Of a stretch of DNA of 44,933 nt, positions 1 through 9,095 are shown one piece after another (the stretch's first letter is position 1; every line of letters starts with the position of its first letter). The notes beneath the pieces were generated by a model that saw nothing but the letters and a program-made list of their open reading frames with translations, was not told where the DNA came from and ran no database searches. The translations under genes and the position numbers were made by a program. This DNA comes from a virus (Duplodnaviria > Heunggongvirae > Uroviricota > Caudoviricetes): the IMG/VR virus record IMGVR_UViG_2541047866_000012; one strand, given 5' to 3'.

Positions 1-90
1 TTGCCTCCCCCCCGTTGATGGGTAAAATAGCCGCAATTTTTCGTTTTCAACAAGCGCGGCGCGATGCCGCTTACTCAAGAAGAAAGAATT

Positions 91-165
91 ATGACGTTGT
101 CTCCTTATTTGCAAGAGGTGGCGAAGCGCCGCACTTTTGCCATTATTTCTCACCCCAATAATTAA
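91..165 (+). pseudogene. prfC: 5' fragment of host peptide chain release factor 3 gene, interrupted by prophage insertion
   Basis: Translates [22 protein letters not shown] then NN-stop; first 22 residues match my recollection of the E. coli RF3 N-terminus, with the P-loop truncated. Confidence 0.55.
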
Positions 166-319
166 GTCCAAATTAAAGCTCTTTCACTCTTTCAAAATCC
201 TTTCAGTTAATTGAGGTCGAGCTATATAACTCATTTAAATACATTTGGTTATGTGACTTCTTTAATTGAAAATTCTTTCATGTAACTTTAAATCGATCAG
301 GTTGCTTTCATCAAAAATC

Positions 320-376
320 TGTACATATGCTTGTACATAATGTACAAAGCAGCAGAGGTGTTTTGCGATTTGTACA
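320..376. promoter_or_regulatory. Four copies of palindromic hexamer TGTACA (320, 332, 341, 371) just upstream of int; candidate int operator or arm-type sites
   Basis: Directly visible repeats within 70 bp of the int start codon; CTTTCA also recurs about 5 times between 190 and 310. Confidence 0.3.
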
Positions 377-385
377 AGGTGAGTA

Positions 386-1600
386 ATGGCGCTGTCTGAT
401 GCGTGGTTGCGTTCAGTCGTTGGAAAGGAACGTGATAAGGTTTTGGTTAAATCCGATCGTGATGGTCTGTCTGTCAGAGTATCACCGAAAGGTCGCGTAG
501 TGTTCCAATATCGTTATCAATGGGCAGGGAAAGGTGAGCGTCTTGATATCGGAACTTACCCGGCAACTGGATTAAAAGAGGCCAGAGAAGAAGTTATTCG
601 TCTCCGTGGTGAACTCGAGTCAAACCGTAATCCACGATTGGTCAAGCAGGCTGAAAAACGAAAAGCTACTGAAGCCATGACGGTAGAGTCTGTGATCCGT
701 GCCTGGTATGAAGCATATTGTGTAAAAAATAAAAAAGGTTCTGAACAGATACTCCGCTCGTTTGAGCTGCACCTGTTCTCTAAAATCGGGAATATCCCTC
801 ACGATGCAGCTACATTGCATGATTGGTTAGAAGTCCTGGAGCCTCTTAGCACTAAGACTCCAGCAATAGCAGACCGATTGCTAATTAACGCAAAGCAGGC
901 CCATGTCTGGGCGTATAAGAGAAAGCTCATTGAAACTCGCCCGCTGTCGGATATCACGGGTAAAGATATGGATATCCGTAAAGGTCAGAAGAAACGGTTT
1001 CTGACACATGATGAAATTAAAATCCTTTATGCTGCGATCGATGGTTCTCGAATGGTTCCTAAATACCGGGCCTTCATTAAACTATTGCTTCATTTTGGTT
1101 GCCGTAGTTCAGAGCTAATTACCGCCAGGGTGGACGATTTTGATTTCATTAATAAAGTATGGACTGTACCACCAGAACGACATAAGACTGGGGAGATAAC
1201 AGGCGAACCGCTAAAGCGGCCCATTATTGAACCGGTTGAAGAGCTTATAAAGTACGCTATTTCTATGAACAATGGTTCCGATATGCTTTTTACTAAGGAA
1301 GGAAGCAGGGAACCCGTTGGTCGGACATCATTGCAGTCGCTGCCTTACAATTTAATGCAGTATGCATGGCGGCGTTTGGGTTATCAATTCCCTCATTGGT
1401 CTCTTCATGATTTGAGGCGAACAGCACGAACAAACTTTTCTGATCTTACTGCGCCTCATATTGCAGAAATTATGCTAGGTCATAAACTGCCAGGGGTATG
1501 GCAAGTTTATGACAAGAGCGATTATCTAGAAGAACAGCGTAAAGCCTACCAAGCGTGGTGGGAGAGGGTTGAATCGATCGTTACTTGTACTGGTTCATAA
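386..1600 (+). CDS. int: Tyrosine recombinase / phage integrase (P4-type)
   Basis: 404 aa; RBS AAGGTGAG before ATG; catalytic HDLRRTARTNF (HxxR box) and C-terminal GHKLPGVWQVYDKSDY with Tyr; N-terminal arm-binding-like domain. Confidence 0.93.
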   Translation: MALSDAWLRSVVGKERDKVLVKSDRDGLSVRVSPKGRVVFQYRYQWAGKGERLDIGTYPATGLKEAREEVIRLRGELESNRNPRLVKQAEKRKATEAMTVESVIRAWYEAYCVKNKKGSEQILRSFELHLFSKIGNIPHDAATLHDWLEVLEPLSTKTPAIADRLLINAKQAHVWAYKRKLIETRPLSDITGKDMDIRKGQKKRFLTHDEIKILYAAIDGSRMVPKYRAFIKLLLHFGCRSSELITARVDDFDFINKVWTVPPERHKTGEITGEPLKRPIIEPVEELIKYAISMNNGSDMLFTKEGSREPVGRTSLQSLPYNLMQYAWRRLGYQFPHWSLHDLRRTARTNFSDLTAPHIAEIMLGHKLPGVWQVYDKSDYLEEQRKAYQAWWERVESIVTCTGS

Positions 1601-1975
1601 TCGAAATGATATTTTGCATATCTAGTACGCAATAAAATATGACAGTCCGCTTTGAGCTGCGGGCATTGCTAGCAGCATTTTCTGTGAAGTAACGGGAGGT
1701 TGTTCAATATTGCCTCTGAAAAGGATAACCATTCAATTCTTCATTGAAAAAACTCATCGAAGATTTTATGGAGGGATGCAATTTATTTTGAGCGAATTTA
1801 ATTCATCACTAATGATCCTACATAGTTATTGCCTTGCTCACTAAAAGGTGAGATTTCATTAGCTCACCAACAATAATTAAATAGGATCATTAGCACTTTA
1901 TATCAGGCTATAATTTTAATAAATTACGTTATTTAAAGCCATTTTCTCCATCAAGTAATATCTTCATGCTAATGT

Positions 1976-2971
1976 TCACTTTTGTTTTAGCTTTATAATT
2001 TCTGATATCATAGTTGTTAGCTTTGAATCGGAAAGATTCTGCAGTCTATCTTTCTCAATAGAAACTGTAGTTTGTCCCTTTTCTAATATGAAATTTCTTT
2101 CTGTTTTCATTAAAAGCATTGCCAACTCTTTTATCATGTCTTCGTTCTTGAATTCTTGAGCATATTTTAGAGACATGACTTTCATCTCAATATTTGTGAT
2201 TTCATTCTGAAAATATTTGATTTCGTCAAACCCATTTTTATAGAGGCGTAGAAAAAAATAAGCAAACAATTCAACGACTATTACAAATGATAATTTAGGA
2301 AGGTGATGAATAAAAAATCCCACCCCATCCACAATGTCTGGCGCGCTGTAAAGAAAGTAAGCAAGAGATAATATCCCTGTCAACGCAATTATTGTTCCGA
2401 TTGCAAGGTTAAGCCCACCTCGTCGATTGAGTCTGTCTATTTCAGACTCTAATCTTAGAACCATATCAGTATGGAGTTTATGTAAGCTGTAGCTCTTCTT
2501 AAAATCAGATATATCGCTTTTTAGGCTGTTATCTGCCAGAAGTATTGTGTTTCCAATTATTCTCTTTTTTGCATCGGATATTAACTTCTCCCTTTCACTC
2601 TCTGTTATTTCAATGGAAACTCCGGAAGATGTTCTATTTTCAATTTCGCTCAATTTTTTATTTAGCTTAACTATTTCTTTGTGAAAAATATATCTCGTGT
2701 TTTCAATATCTCTACCACCAATTCCTTTGTTTAAATAAGAAGTCATTATTGCGACAAAAGAACCAACAAAAACTAGGGCAGTTGCTGTAAATAAAATAAA
2801 CTCTTTCTTCTCGTTTATTAAATTTACTATTGATGATGATTCCAGTTGAATGTCTGAAAGCGAAGTTTTAAGCACAAAATTCATCACAGGTGAAACCATG
2901 ATTATGGCAACAACTATAATAAATCCATATTTTTTTATAATGTAAATAAGAAGACCAAATAAATCTTTCAT
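1976..2971 (-). CDS. AT-rich predicted 4-TM membrane protein with coiled-coil segments, unknown function (cargo / moron)
   Basis: ORF 1976-2992 (TTG); first ATG at 2971 gives about 331 aa; hydrophobic helices near residues 12-36, 66-88, 194-216, 225-250; much more AT-rich than backbone; no enzymatic motif seen. Confidence 0.8.
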   Translation of the reverse strand: MKDLFGLLIYIIKKYGFIIVVAIIMVSPVMNFVLKTSLSDIQLESSSIVNLINEKKEFILFTATALVFVGSFVAIMTSYLNKGIGGRDIENTRYIFHKEIVKLNKKLSEIENRTSSGVSIEITESEREKLISDAKKRIIGNTILLADNSLKSDISDFKKSYSLHKLHTDMVLRLESEIDRLNRRGGLNLAIGTIIALTGILSLAYFLYSAPDIVDGVGFFIHHLPKLSFVIVVELFAYFFLRLYKNGFDEIKYFQNEITNIEMKVMSLKYAQEFKNEDMIKELAMLLMKTERNFILEKGQTTVSIEKDRLQNLSDSKLTTMISEIIKLKQK

Positions 2972-3344
2972 TTTATCTTTTACCTGAAACAAATTTTTAT
3001 TAAAGTAACTTAAAAAATGATTGATTGCAAGATTTACTATTGCTGTTCATTTTAAATTACTATACCCCCCTATGCATACATATAATCCCATAGGGGAGAA
3101 GTTTATTAGTTAGTTAAGTTGAAGGCTATACCTACAATCTAATTCCCCTCCAACCTAACATGCACAAGCGTCAACCTATCGGTAGTGATAATTTTATGAG
3201 GATACGTATAAACAAGATTCTGAGTTGCTCCTATTCATTAAGACAATACATTTTGTAACTTCTGCTTTTGGCTCAGGGTGGGGTGTGAGATTAGGTTTGG
3301 CTCTGTGCCATAGATGTGTCAGTTCACATCTGAGCTAATACACA

Positions 3345-3539
3345 TTACTCAATCACTCCAGCAAACCTATATATCTTGTGTGACGCCCATTTATTTGGGC
3401 ATGATTTAATATCAGGATCTGGAAAATCAGGCCTGTATTTCTGGCCAGTTCTCCGGTTTACGCTGTTCCAGCGAAGAACTGTCGATACTGAAACGCCACA
3501 GAAGTCGGCGACTTGTTTAGTTGTCATTAAGTTGTTCAT
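3345..3539 (-). CDS. xis: Excisionase / AlpA-type HTH DNA-binding protein
   Basis: 64 aa; motif TTKQVADFCGVSVSTVLRWN typical of AlpA/Xis HTH; start overlaps stop of upstream gene (TAATG). Confidence 0.75.
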   Translation of the reverse strand: MNNLMTTKQVADFCGVSVSTVLRWNSVNRRTGQKYRPDFPDPDIKSCPNKWASHKIYRFAGVIE

Positions 3540-4333
3540 TACTTCACCTCCTGCGGCGGTTCCGGTAGCGGCATCCAGTGGGTTACTTTCGATGCCGGTT
3601 CTTCCACATCGTCAGTAACTGCCCACCATTTGTTTCTCGACCAATCGTAATACCCTTCGAAGGTATCGCACTCAGTCCAGCCGTAAGACTTCCCCCAACA
3701 CCAAACATACTGTTTATCGTTCGGCATTCGCTCACTACAGCTTATCCAACCATCCGGAGTTACCGGAGAGTTGCCCGATAGCGCATTACGCAATCGCTCC
3801 AGCTTCACGTATTCCTGAACCCTGTTTCCGTCGCATGCCTGAAGCCATTGCGCAGCCTTTTGCGCATCAGTGTGAAAGGCACAAGTGCGACCGTCATCAA
3901 ATTGCATTTCGTAGAGGTCAGCAACTTGTTCAAACTGCGTGTGTTGTGACTTGTAAGTTTGGCTTACAGGTTCGGCACCATGAAGCATGGCGGCGCGGCA
4001 GGCGTTCCAGCCATCAACATAATCAAACGTATTGCTATCGTCTGGCTCGATTTCATCTGGCACTATCAGCACCGGCTGGACGGTGACATTGGCAAAGGCA
4101 GCACGCAACCCGGTTTTAATTTCTTCGATTTCATCAGAGCCAAGCGATGAGTCAGAAAGCGCATGGTGGAATGCGTAAGCCATGTCGTCGTTTACTGCCA
4201 CCGGCTCTGCTTCCAGTGATGCCAGCGCGATAAGCGCCAGCTCACGAATTTCACCGCCGTCTATATCGTCAATGTCATCGCGGCCAGAAATGTTAGCCAG
4301 CCATTGCAGTCGCTCTTTGGAAATAGTGATCAT
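3539..4333 (-). CDS. Phage early protein with C-terminal DUF551-like domain
   Basis: 264 aa; C-terminal WISCSERMPNDKQYVWCWG...THWMPLPEPP resembles DUF551; N-terminal part paralogous to ORF 4697-5053; ATGA overlap with upstream gene. Confidence 0.8.
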   Translation of the reverse strand: MITISKERLQWLANISGRDDIDDIDGGEIRELALIALASLEAEPVAVNDDMAYAFHHALSDSSLGSDEIEEIKTGLRAAFANVTVQPVLIVPDEIEPDDSNTFDYVDGWNACRAAMLHGAEPVSQTYKSQHTQFEQVADLYEMQFDDGRTCAFHTDAQKAAQWLQACDGNRVQEYVKLERLRNALSGNSPVTPDGWISCSERMPNDKQYVWCWGKSYGWTECDTFEGYYDWSRNKWWAVTDDVEEPASKVTHWMPLPEPPQEVK

Positions 4334-4695
4334 GCCGTAGCCCCTTCTTGATATTTTTCAAACCAGAACACAACCGGGTCAGATTTCATTTCAACCAATC
4401 CCATACGAACCAGCGCCTTGCCTTTCCCGGACGCAAGGAATTCACGACGACCATCACTGATAATTCGCCGATAGTCTTCCAGGCTACTGCAATGCTTGTG
4501 CAGATTGCATGGGTGGCATGCCGGAACCATGTTGGATATATCGTCACGCTCCTGGTGAAGCATATTTCCATCAAAACGAATGACCGGTTTTACATGATCT
4601 GCATGCCACTTTTCGCCAAGTTCGCAGCCGCAATAAGCGCAGCGACCACCGAACTTCATGCGCAGTTCTGCACGTTGTTTTTTCGTCAGTGCCAT
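4330..4695 (-). CDS. HNH endonuclease
   Basis: Start taken at MALTKK (ATG 4695); motifs CAYCG, HADHVKP, ACHPCNLHK fit an HNH zinc-finger nuclease. Confidence 0.85.
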   Translation of the reverse strand: MALTKKQRAELRMKFGGRCAYCGCELGEKWHADHVKPVIRFDGNMLHQERDDISNMVPACHPCNLHKHCSSLEDYRRIISDGRREFLASGKGKALVRMGLVEMKSDPVVFWFEKYQEGATA

Positions 4696-4696
4696 A

Positions 4697-5053
4697 TCAC
4701 TCTCCTTTCCCCTGAAGCATGGCTTCGCGGCAATCGTTCCATCCTTCAGCATAATCACTATACGCAAGAGGCCAACCTCTTATGTATTCACGCGGCAACT
4801 TATCAGGCACTACCAGCGCTGGCGGCGCGGTGTAAAGCTGGTGCGTTCCATCTGGCAGCGAGTGACCTACATACTCACCGACCCCGTCAACACACATGCA
4901 CCCATCCTCAATAATGCATTCCGCTACAGGCTCTGCCTCCAGCGATGCCAGCGCAATTTCATAAGCACGGCGCTCAATATTGTCTCTAACGTCCAGGCTA
5001 CCGATTCGCTCTTTGATTTCTTTAATCAGTTCCTTATCGGTGAAAGTGGTCAT
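4697..5053 (-). CDS. Phage early protein, paralogue of N-terminal domain of ORF 3539-4333
   Basis: 118 aa; shares IALASLEAEPVA and GWN(A/D)CR(A/E)AML motifs with ORF 3539-4333. Confidence 0.7.
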   Translation of the reverse strand: MTTFTDKELIKEIKERIGSLDVRDNIERRAYEIALASLEAEPVAECIIEDGCMCVDGVGEYVGHSLPDGTHQLYTAPPALVVPDKLPREYIRGWPLAYSDYAEGWNDCREAMLQGKGE

Positions 5054-5415
5054 TATGCCCCAGCCTCCGGTGCTTTTGGCATTACTGCCCAGTGAGTGAT
5101 ATTGACGTTTTCAAGGTCCCCGACCTGAAATGTCCACTGCCATTCTCCGGTTTCTTTTTGTCCCCAGGTGTACCAGAGAGAACGCCAGCCAATCAGCCAG
5201 CCTTCTCCGTTAATATCAAATAACAGAACACTTTCATTTGCTGGTGGAAGTTCAACTGACACTGGTATTACTTTGTTTTCCAGTGCCGCACATTTAGCTT
5301 CAAGCGCATCGAATTTACGTACCAGATACTCAGCATTTGTTTCATTCACTTTCAGATCTCGCGGTACACATTTCCCGCGAAGAAACCCTTCCATTTCGAA
5401 AACATTCATGCGCAT
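5053..5415 (-). CDS. Hypothetical phage early protein (DUF551-like C-terminus)
   Basis: 120 aa; C-terminal ITHWAVMPKAPEA resembles the THW..P.P end of ORF 3539-4333; operon-packed. Confidence 0.65.
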   Translation of the reverse strand: MRMNVFEMEGFLRGKCVPRDLKVNETNAEYLVRKFDALEAKCAALENKVIPVSVELPPANESVLLFDINGEGWLIGWRSLWYTWGQKETGEWQWTFQVGDLENVNITHWAVMPKAPEAGA

Positions 5416-5942
5416 TTGCGTAACTCCGATAACTCGTTAAAACGTTCCATAAACATCCCATAGGCATGGCCTGGCGACAGTGGAATAACTTTGAACATCT
5501 CTGTTGCCGGGATACCTTCCAGTACAGGCCAGAAAGAGCCATCATCAAGCCCGAGATCGCGGCGTTCGGTTGCCAGCATGATGAGATCGGCATATTTCAC
5601 AGGCGTGCTCATAACCGGGGGTAACCCGTATTTCTCACGGATTACGGCGTCTATTTTTTCTTCCATCCGTTTATAGTCAGGAAGAAGGCGTTTCAGTGGC
5701 GCGGGGATGTCCTGGCAATACGCTTCTGTTGCATCATGCATTAACGCTTCAAAAGCAAATTCCTGCGGCACCAGCTGGCTGCAAAGCACCGCATGCTGGG
5801 CGACGCTGTAGAAGTGTGAAAGATGTCCTGCAAAGCGACAGATATTTGAAAGGGAAACCGCGATATCGTTAATCACGATGTCGTCTTTATTTATCCTGTC
5901 ATAATAAAAATGCTTCCCGGAAAAAGTTTTAATAAATGACAT
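5406..5942 (-). CDS. HD-domain phosphohydrolase (YfdR-like, 5'-deoxynucleotidase-like)
   Basis: Start at MSFIKT (ATG 5942) with GGAG RBS; H..HD signature FAGHLSHFYSVAQHA...EALMHDATE. Confidence 0.8.
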   Translation of the reverse strand: MSFIKTFSGKHFYYDRINKDDIVINDIAVSLSNICRFAGHLSHFYSVAQHAVLCSQLVPQEFAFEALMHDATEAYCQDIPAPLKRLLPDYKRMEEKIDAVIREKYGLPPVMSTPVKYADLIMLATERRDLGLDDGSFWPVLEGIPATEMFKVIPLSPGHAYGMFMERFNELSELRKCA

Positions 5943-6069
5943 TTTGTTCTCCACGTATATGTGCTGCACCACGCTGAATTCTGGTAAAAGGAAGCCCTCA
6001 CCATCCGGTGATTATTGAGTTAATTACGTTTCCATAAATGCCCCCGCAGGGGCATTTGCAGTAATGAAA

Positions 6070-6894
6070 TCAGGCGGTGAAAGTACCAATAAAGGTTTCT
6101 ACTTTGCTGTCCTTGAATTTCTCAACAAGCAGATCACGAAATTCGTTAGCCATTTCCTCCTGCACTGCTTCCAGCTGAATAATGCGCAGAACCAGTACAG
6201 GACGATCGCCAGTGAGAATGCTGAGGCGTAATTTAAACGGACGTTCTTTCAGGCCTTCAAACGGAACGCATTTAAATTCAAATGCCACTGGCATAATGTC
6301 TTTGGTTTTCGCTTCGACAGACTCCATCAGAGAGCGTTTGCCGCTGAAGTCATTGTCTTCAAAATCAGCGGTCTGGTTTGCTTCAATCGTGATTTTACGG
6401 ACCGCCGCAGCCGCTTTTGTTGCCTGAATGGCGTCACCATTAGCATCAAAGCCCACAAGGTAGTCGGCCCAGTCTTCAATCCATTCTGCCAGTGACTTCT
6501 GGGAGTTACGCTCGCCATTAACAGACAACAGAGCAGAGAACGGTGCTGTCTTTTTCAGTTTGAGAGTGGCGGTGTTATCTGCGTGACCTGGTTCATCAAT
6601 AGTACCCAGATTAAGCACACTGACAGCACGCATATTATCAGCATCGATAAAGCAGCGGGTGCCTTCATCTGCAAGATCTTTAGAATAACGGGTAAAGTCA
6701 TCGATGCTGGCAGTGGAAAGCGCACCACGGAAACGGAAGCGATTTAAATTAAATTTTTCCAGATCATGAATGCGGAAATTCTCAGGCAATGCCACAGCAT
6801 CGGCACCAATCTTACTGATAATTTCATTAACACCCTGAGCAGAAATAAGGGCATGGATTTGATTAATTGCGGTTGCGTCTAAGTTCTGAGACAT
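6070..6894 (-). CDS. YfdQ-like phage protein (DUF2303-like)
   Basis: 274 aa; size and sequence recalled as CPS-53 YfdQ-like; sits in a yfdP-yfdT-like gene order. Confidence 0.75.
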   Translation of the reverse strand: MSQNLDATAINQIHALISAQGVNEIISKIGADAVALPENFRIHDLEKFNLNRFRFRGALSTASIDDFTRYSKDLADEGTRCFIDADNMRAVSVLNLGTIDEPGHADNTATLKLKKTAPFSALLSVNGERNSQKSLAEWIEDWADYLVGFDANGDAIQATKAAAAVRKITIEANQTADFEDNDFSGKRSLMESVEAKTKDIMPVAFEFKCVPFEGLKERPFKLRLSILTGDRPVLVLRIIQLEAVQEEMANEFRDLLVEKFKDSKVETFIGTFTA

Positions 6895-6959
6895 AATAAG
6901 TCCTCACTATATAAAGATATTCAGTGATGAGATAAATAATCAGTTAATTAAGAACGATA

Positions 6960-7322
6960 TTAATGACCTGCTGCGCGGAGTTTTCCGTCAGGTTCACCGG
7001 CAAGAGTCAGTAATTGTCCCTGGTCTTCCTGCAGAATAGTCAGGCGACCACCGCGATTGACATACATCGGCGTTTCGGTGGTGTCTTCTTCGGAAATTTT
7101 CCCGCGGTTAGTTGGGCGAACATATGAGAGTTTGTGTTTGATTTTCACACGGTTCTCATCAAACGGTTCGATTTCCAGATTGAGTGAGACCTTCCCTTTG
7201 GTTTTCGTGTTCATCACACCGGAAGCGACTTCACTTAGAACTGCGCCGATTTTTGTTTCAAATACGCCGCCGTCCAGCTCCCCGATAAATGCCTGCACAT
7301 CAGTACTGCGTTCACTAGCCAT
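6960..7322 (-). CDS. Hypothetical phage early protein (first gene of leftward operon)
   Basis: Start at MASERS (ATG 7322) preceded by GAGGAG RBS; 120 aa; the upstream extension in the ORF track lacks an RBS. Confidence 0.7.
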   Translation of the reverse strand: MASERSTDVQAFIGELDGGVFETKIGAVLSEVASGVMNTKTKGKVSLNLEIEPFDENRVKIKHKLSYVRPTNRGKISEEDTTETPMYVNRGGRLTILQEDQGQLLTLAGEPDGKLRAAGH

Positions 7323-8000
7323 TTTGCTGCTCCTCATCATATCGACCCTGCAATGTCGGTTAGTTTCTCCACAAAACAGAGAAGAACACCTGCGGTGGTA
7401 GCCGCCCGGATGGATTGGGTTATGAGCCCGTCGTCCGGTGATGTTCTTCTCTGTTTTGTAAAAAGAGCGGTACCAGCCGGAAGCAAGTGTACAAACTGGT
7501 ACCGCCAAAGCAGTGGCTGTTGTGGTGACCGGTGCTGATCTCCGGCTTGCGGTTATTTCAGACTCTCACGGGCATTTAATTGCCCCGCCGAACAGCTCTT
7601 TTCCGCAATAGCTGCAATGTCTTTCGCGCATCAGCCTGCGCATTCACCACAACGCTGAGAGCACTTAGCCAGTTACGGCACCACACTTTGTCGCGGTTCC
7701 ATAAATGCCCTCATCGTTGCACCCTGGTCTCTTCCCAGGTGTCAAACCGAACCGCCACGCTGGTTAGGCGTCTTATCAGCATCATCATTGACTTGCACAT
7801 TCCGGCTACCTGGTTTGTTTGCCCGAGCAAGGAGTGGATTGTCCCCTTTAACGTCCCCAGACCGCTAACGACGCATGTGCCATACGCCGTGTTACAACCA
7901 AATTTTGTTAGTACCTTGTTTGTTTGTCTGGAAAGAAAGATAAAATGAAGTTGCGCATTATGCAAGTGTTTTTGTTGCGAGATATGCAATTTAATGGGTA

Positions 8001-8024
8001 ATGAAAAGCCACCTTCGGGTGGCT
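8001..8024 (-). terminator. Intrinsic terminator downstream of cI
   Basis: Perfect hairpin AGCCACC-TTCG-GGTGGCT followed on the minus strand by TTTTCA; sits 20 bp after the cI stop. Confidence 0.7.
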
Positions 8025-8044
8025 AATTGATGAGGAGGTAAGGG

Positions 8045-8737
8045 TTAATTGTGTCGCTTAAGGGTTTGTGACTGGCTGATTAAGACCTTTCCAAAGACCA
8101 TAAACCGGTGTTCATTTTCGCTGGTAATTCCCCATTCACGGTAAATCTGGTTATCAGAAATCACCAGTAGTTTGTCAGGTATCATTTGCAGTCGTTTGAC
8201 ATAAATTTTATCATCAAAACCAAATACATAGATACCATCTCCATCAAACTGATTGATACTGACATCAACGAAGATGAGATCTCCTGGCTCAATGGTTGGA
8301 CACATACTGTCCCCACGAACGTTGATAACTTTAATGTGATTGGCTGGCCGTCCGCCAAACATCGATACAGCATTATCAGTTCTGTATTCAATGGCATGAA
8401 TCACATCAATGACATCACCGCCCTGGATAAGGCCATTTCCCGCACTGGCACTGACATCCAGCATTTCAATACGGAATACATCCTTCACCTGCGCAACATC
8501 CTCACTAATACTGTTTTTACATACAGTATTACTTTTGAAGTCTGAGGTAAAGAGATCAGCAATATCAACACCTAAGCTCCTGGCAATATTACTCAGGGCT
8601 TGTTCAGTGAATTGTTTCTGCTTACCTGTTTCCAGGCGTGAGATATTCGCCGCATCCACTCCTATTGCTTCAGCGAGATCGGCGATTTTCATGTTCTTCG
8701 CCTGGCGAAGTTGTCTGACTCGGTTTCCTATGTTCAT
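8045..8737 (-). CDS. cI: CI-type phage repressor (HTH_XRE + S24 LexA-like peptidase domain)
   Basis: 230 aa; N-terminal HTH (IADLAEAIGVDAANISRLETGK); C-terminal S24 motifs (GDSM, VKRL); divergent from cro across an operator region. Confidence 0.93.
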   Translation of the reverse strand: MNIGNRVRQLRQAKNMKIADLAEAIGVDAANISRLETGKQKQFTEQALSNIARSLGVDIADLFTSDFKSNTVCKNSISEDVAQVKDVFRIEMLDVSASAGNGLIQGGDVIDVIHAIEYRTDNAVSMFGGRPANHIKVINVRGDSMCPTIEPGDLIFVDVSINQFDGDGIYVFGFDDKIYVKRLQMIPDKLLVISDNQIYREWGITSENEHRFMVFGKVLISQSQTLKRHN

Positions 8738-8757
8738 GCGTTTATTACATTTCTTTA

Positions 8758-8820
8758 TTGCGCGTTAAGCAAATCAACTTGCGCAAAATATTTGCGTGAA
8801 ATAATATGCTCATCACGCAA
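8758..8820. promoter_or_regulatory. OR operator region: two 29-bp sites with inverted TTGCG(T/C)G...C(A/G)CGCAA arms, overlapping PR (-35 TTGCGC 8779-8784, -10 TAATAT 8802-8807)
   Basis: Inverted repeat TTGCGTGA-N13-TCACGCAA at 8792-8820 and TTGCGCG...CTTGCGCAA at 8758-8786; 17-bp promoter spacer; between divergent cI and cro. Confidence 0.7.
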
Positions 8821-8834
8821 TATGTGGAGGTCAT

Positions 8835-9095
8835 ATGCAATCACCATTACGGAATGTGCGTAAGGCGCACGGATTTACTTTGCAGCATGTTGCTGCTGGC
8901 GTTCAGGTCAATCCAGCGACGCTGAGTCGTATTGAAAGACTGGAACAAATTCCATCTATCGATCTTGCAGAACGTCTGGCCAATTTTTTTAAGGGTGAAA
9001 TCAGCGAAATGCAGATTCTTTATCCGGCACGTTTTCAATCTAGCCAAAACCAGAATGGGTTTAAACCACAGGAACAGGAGGTAAGCCGTGGGTAA
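8835..9095 (+). CDS. cro: Cro-like HTH regulator
   Basis: 86 aa; RBS GGAGG; HTH FTLQHVAAGVQVNPATLSRIE; first gene rightward from OR. Confidence 0.85.
   Translation: MQSPLRNVRKAHGFTLQHVAAGVQVNPATLSRIERLEQIPSIDLAERLANFFKGEISEMQILYPARFQSSQNQNGFKPQEQEVSRG

Noticed and set aside
4348-5095. Plus-strand ORFs 4348-4914 and 4658-5095
   Set aside because: Antisense to the tightly packed minus-strand early operon (HNH and paralogue genes with coupled starts and stops).
6960-7508. 182-aa version of the first leftward gene (start at 7508)
   Set aside because: The N-terminal 62 residues are Cys/Arg/His-rich with no RBS; the internal ATG at 7322 has a GAGGAG RBS and gives a 120-aa product.
7580-7989. ORFs 7580-7948 (+) and 7711-7989 (-) in the leader region
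   Set aside because: No RBS, Arg/Leu/Thr-rich low-complexity translations, no recognisable motif; treated as non-coding.
7945-8001. 18-codon plus-strand mini-ORF (MKLRIMQVFLLRDMQFNG) considered as a type I toxin peptide
   Set aside because: Too short and not hydrophobic enough for a membrane toxin; overlaps the likely pL/OL region; no supporting RBS.
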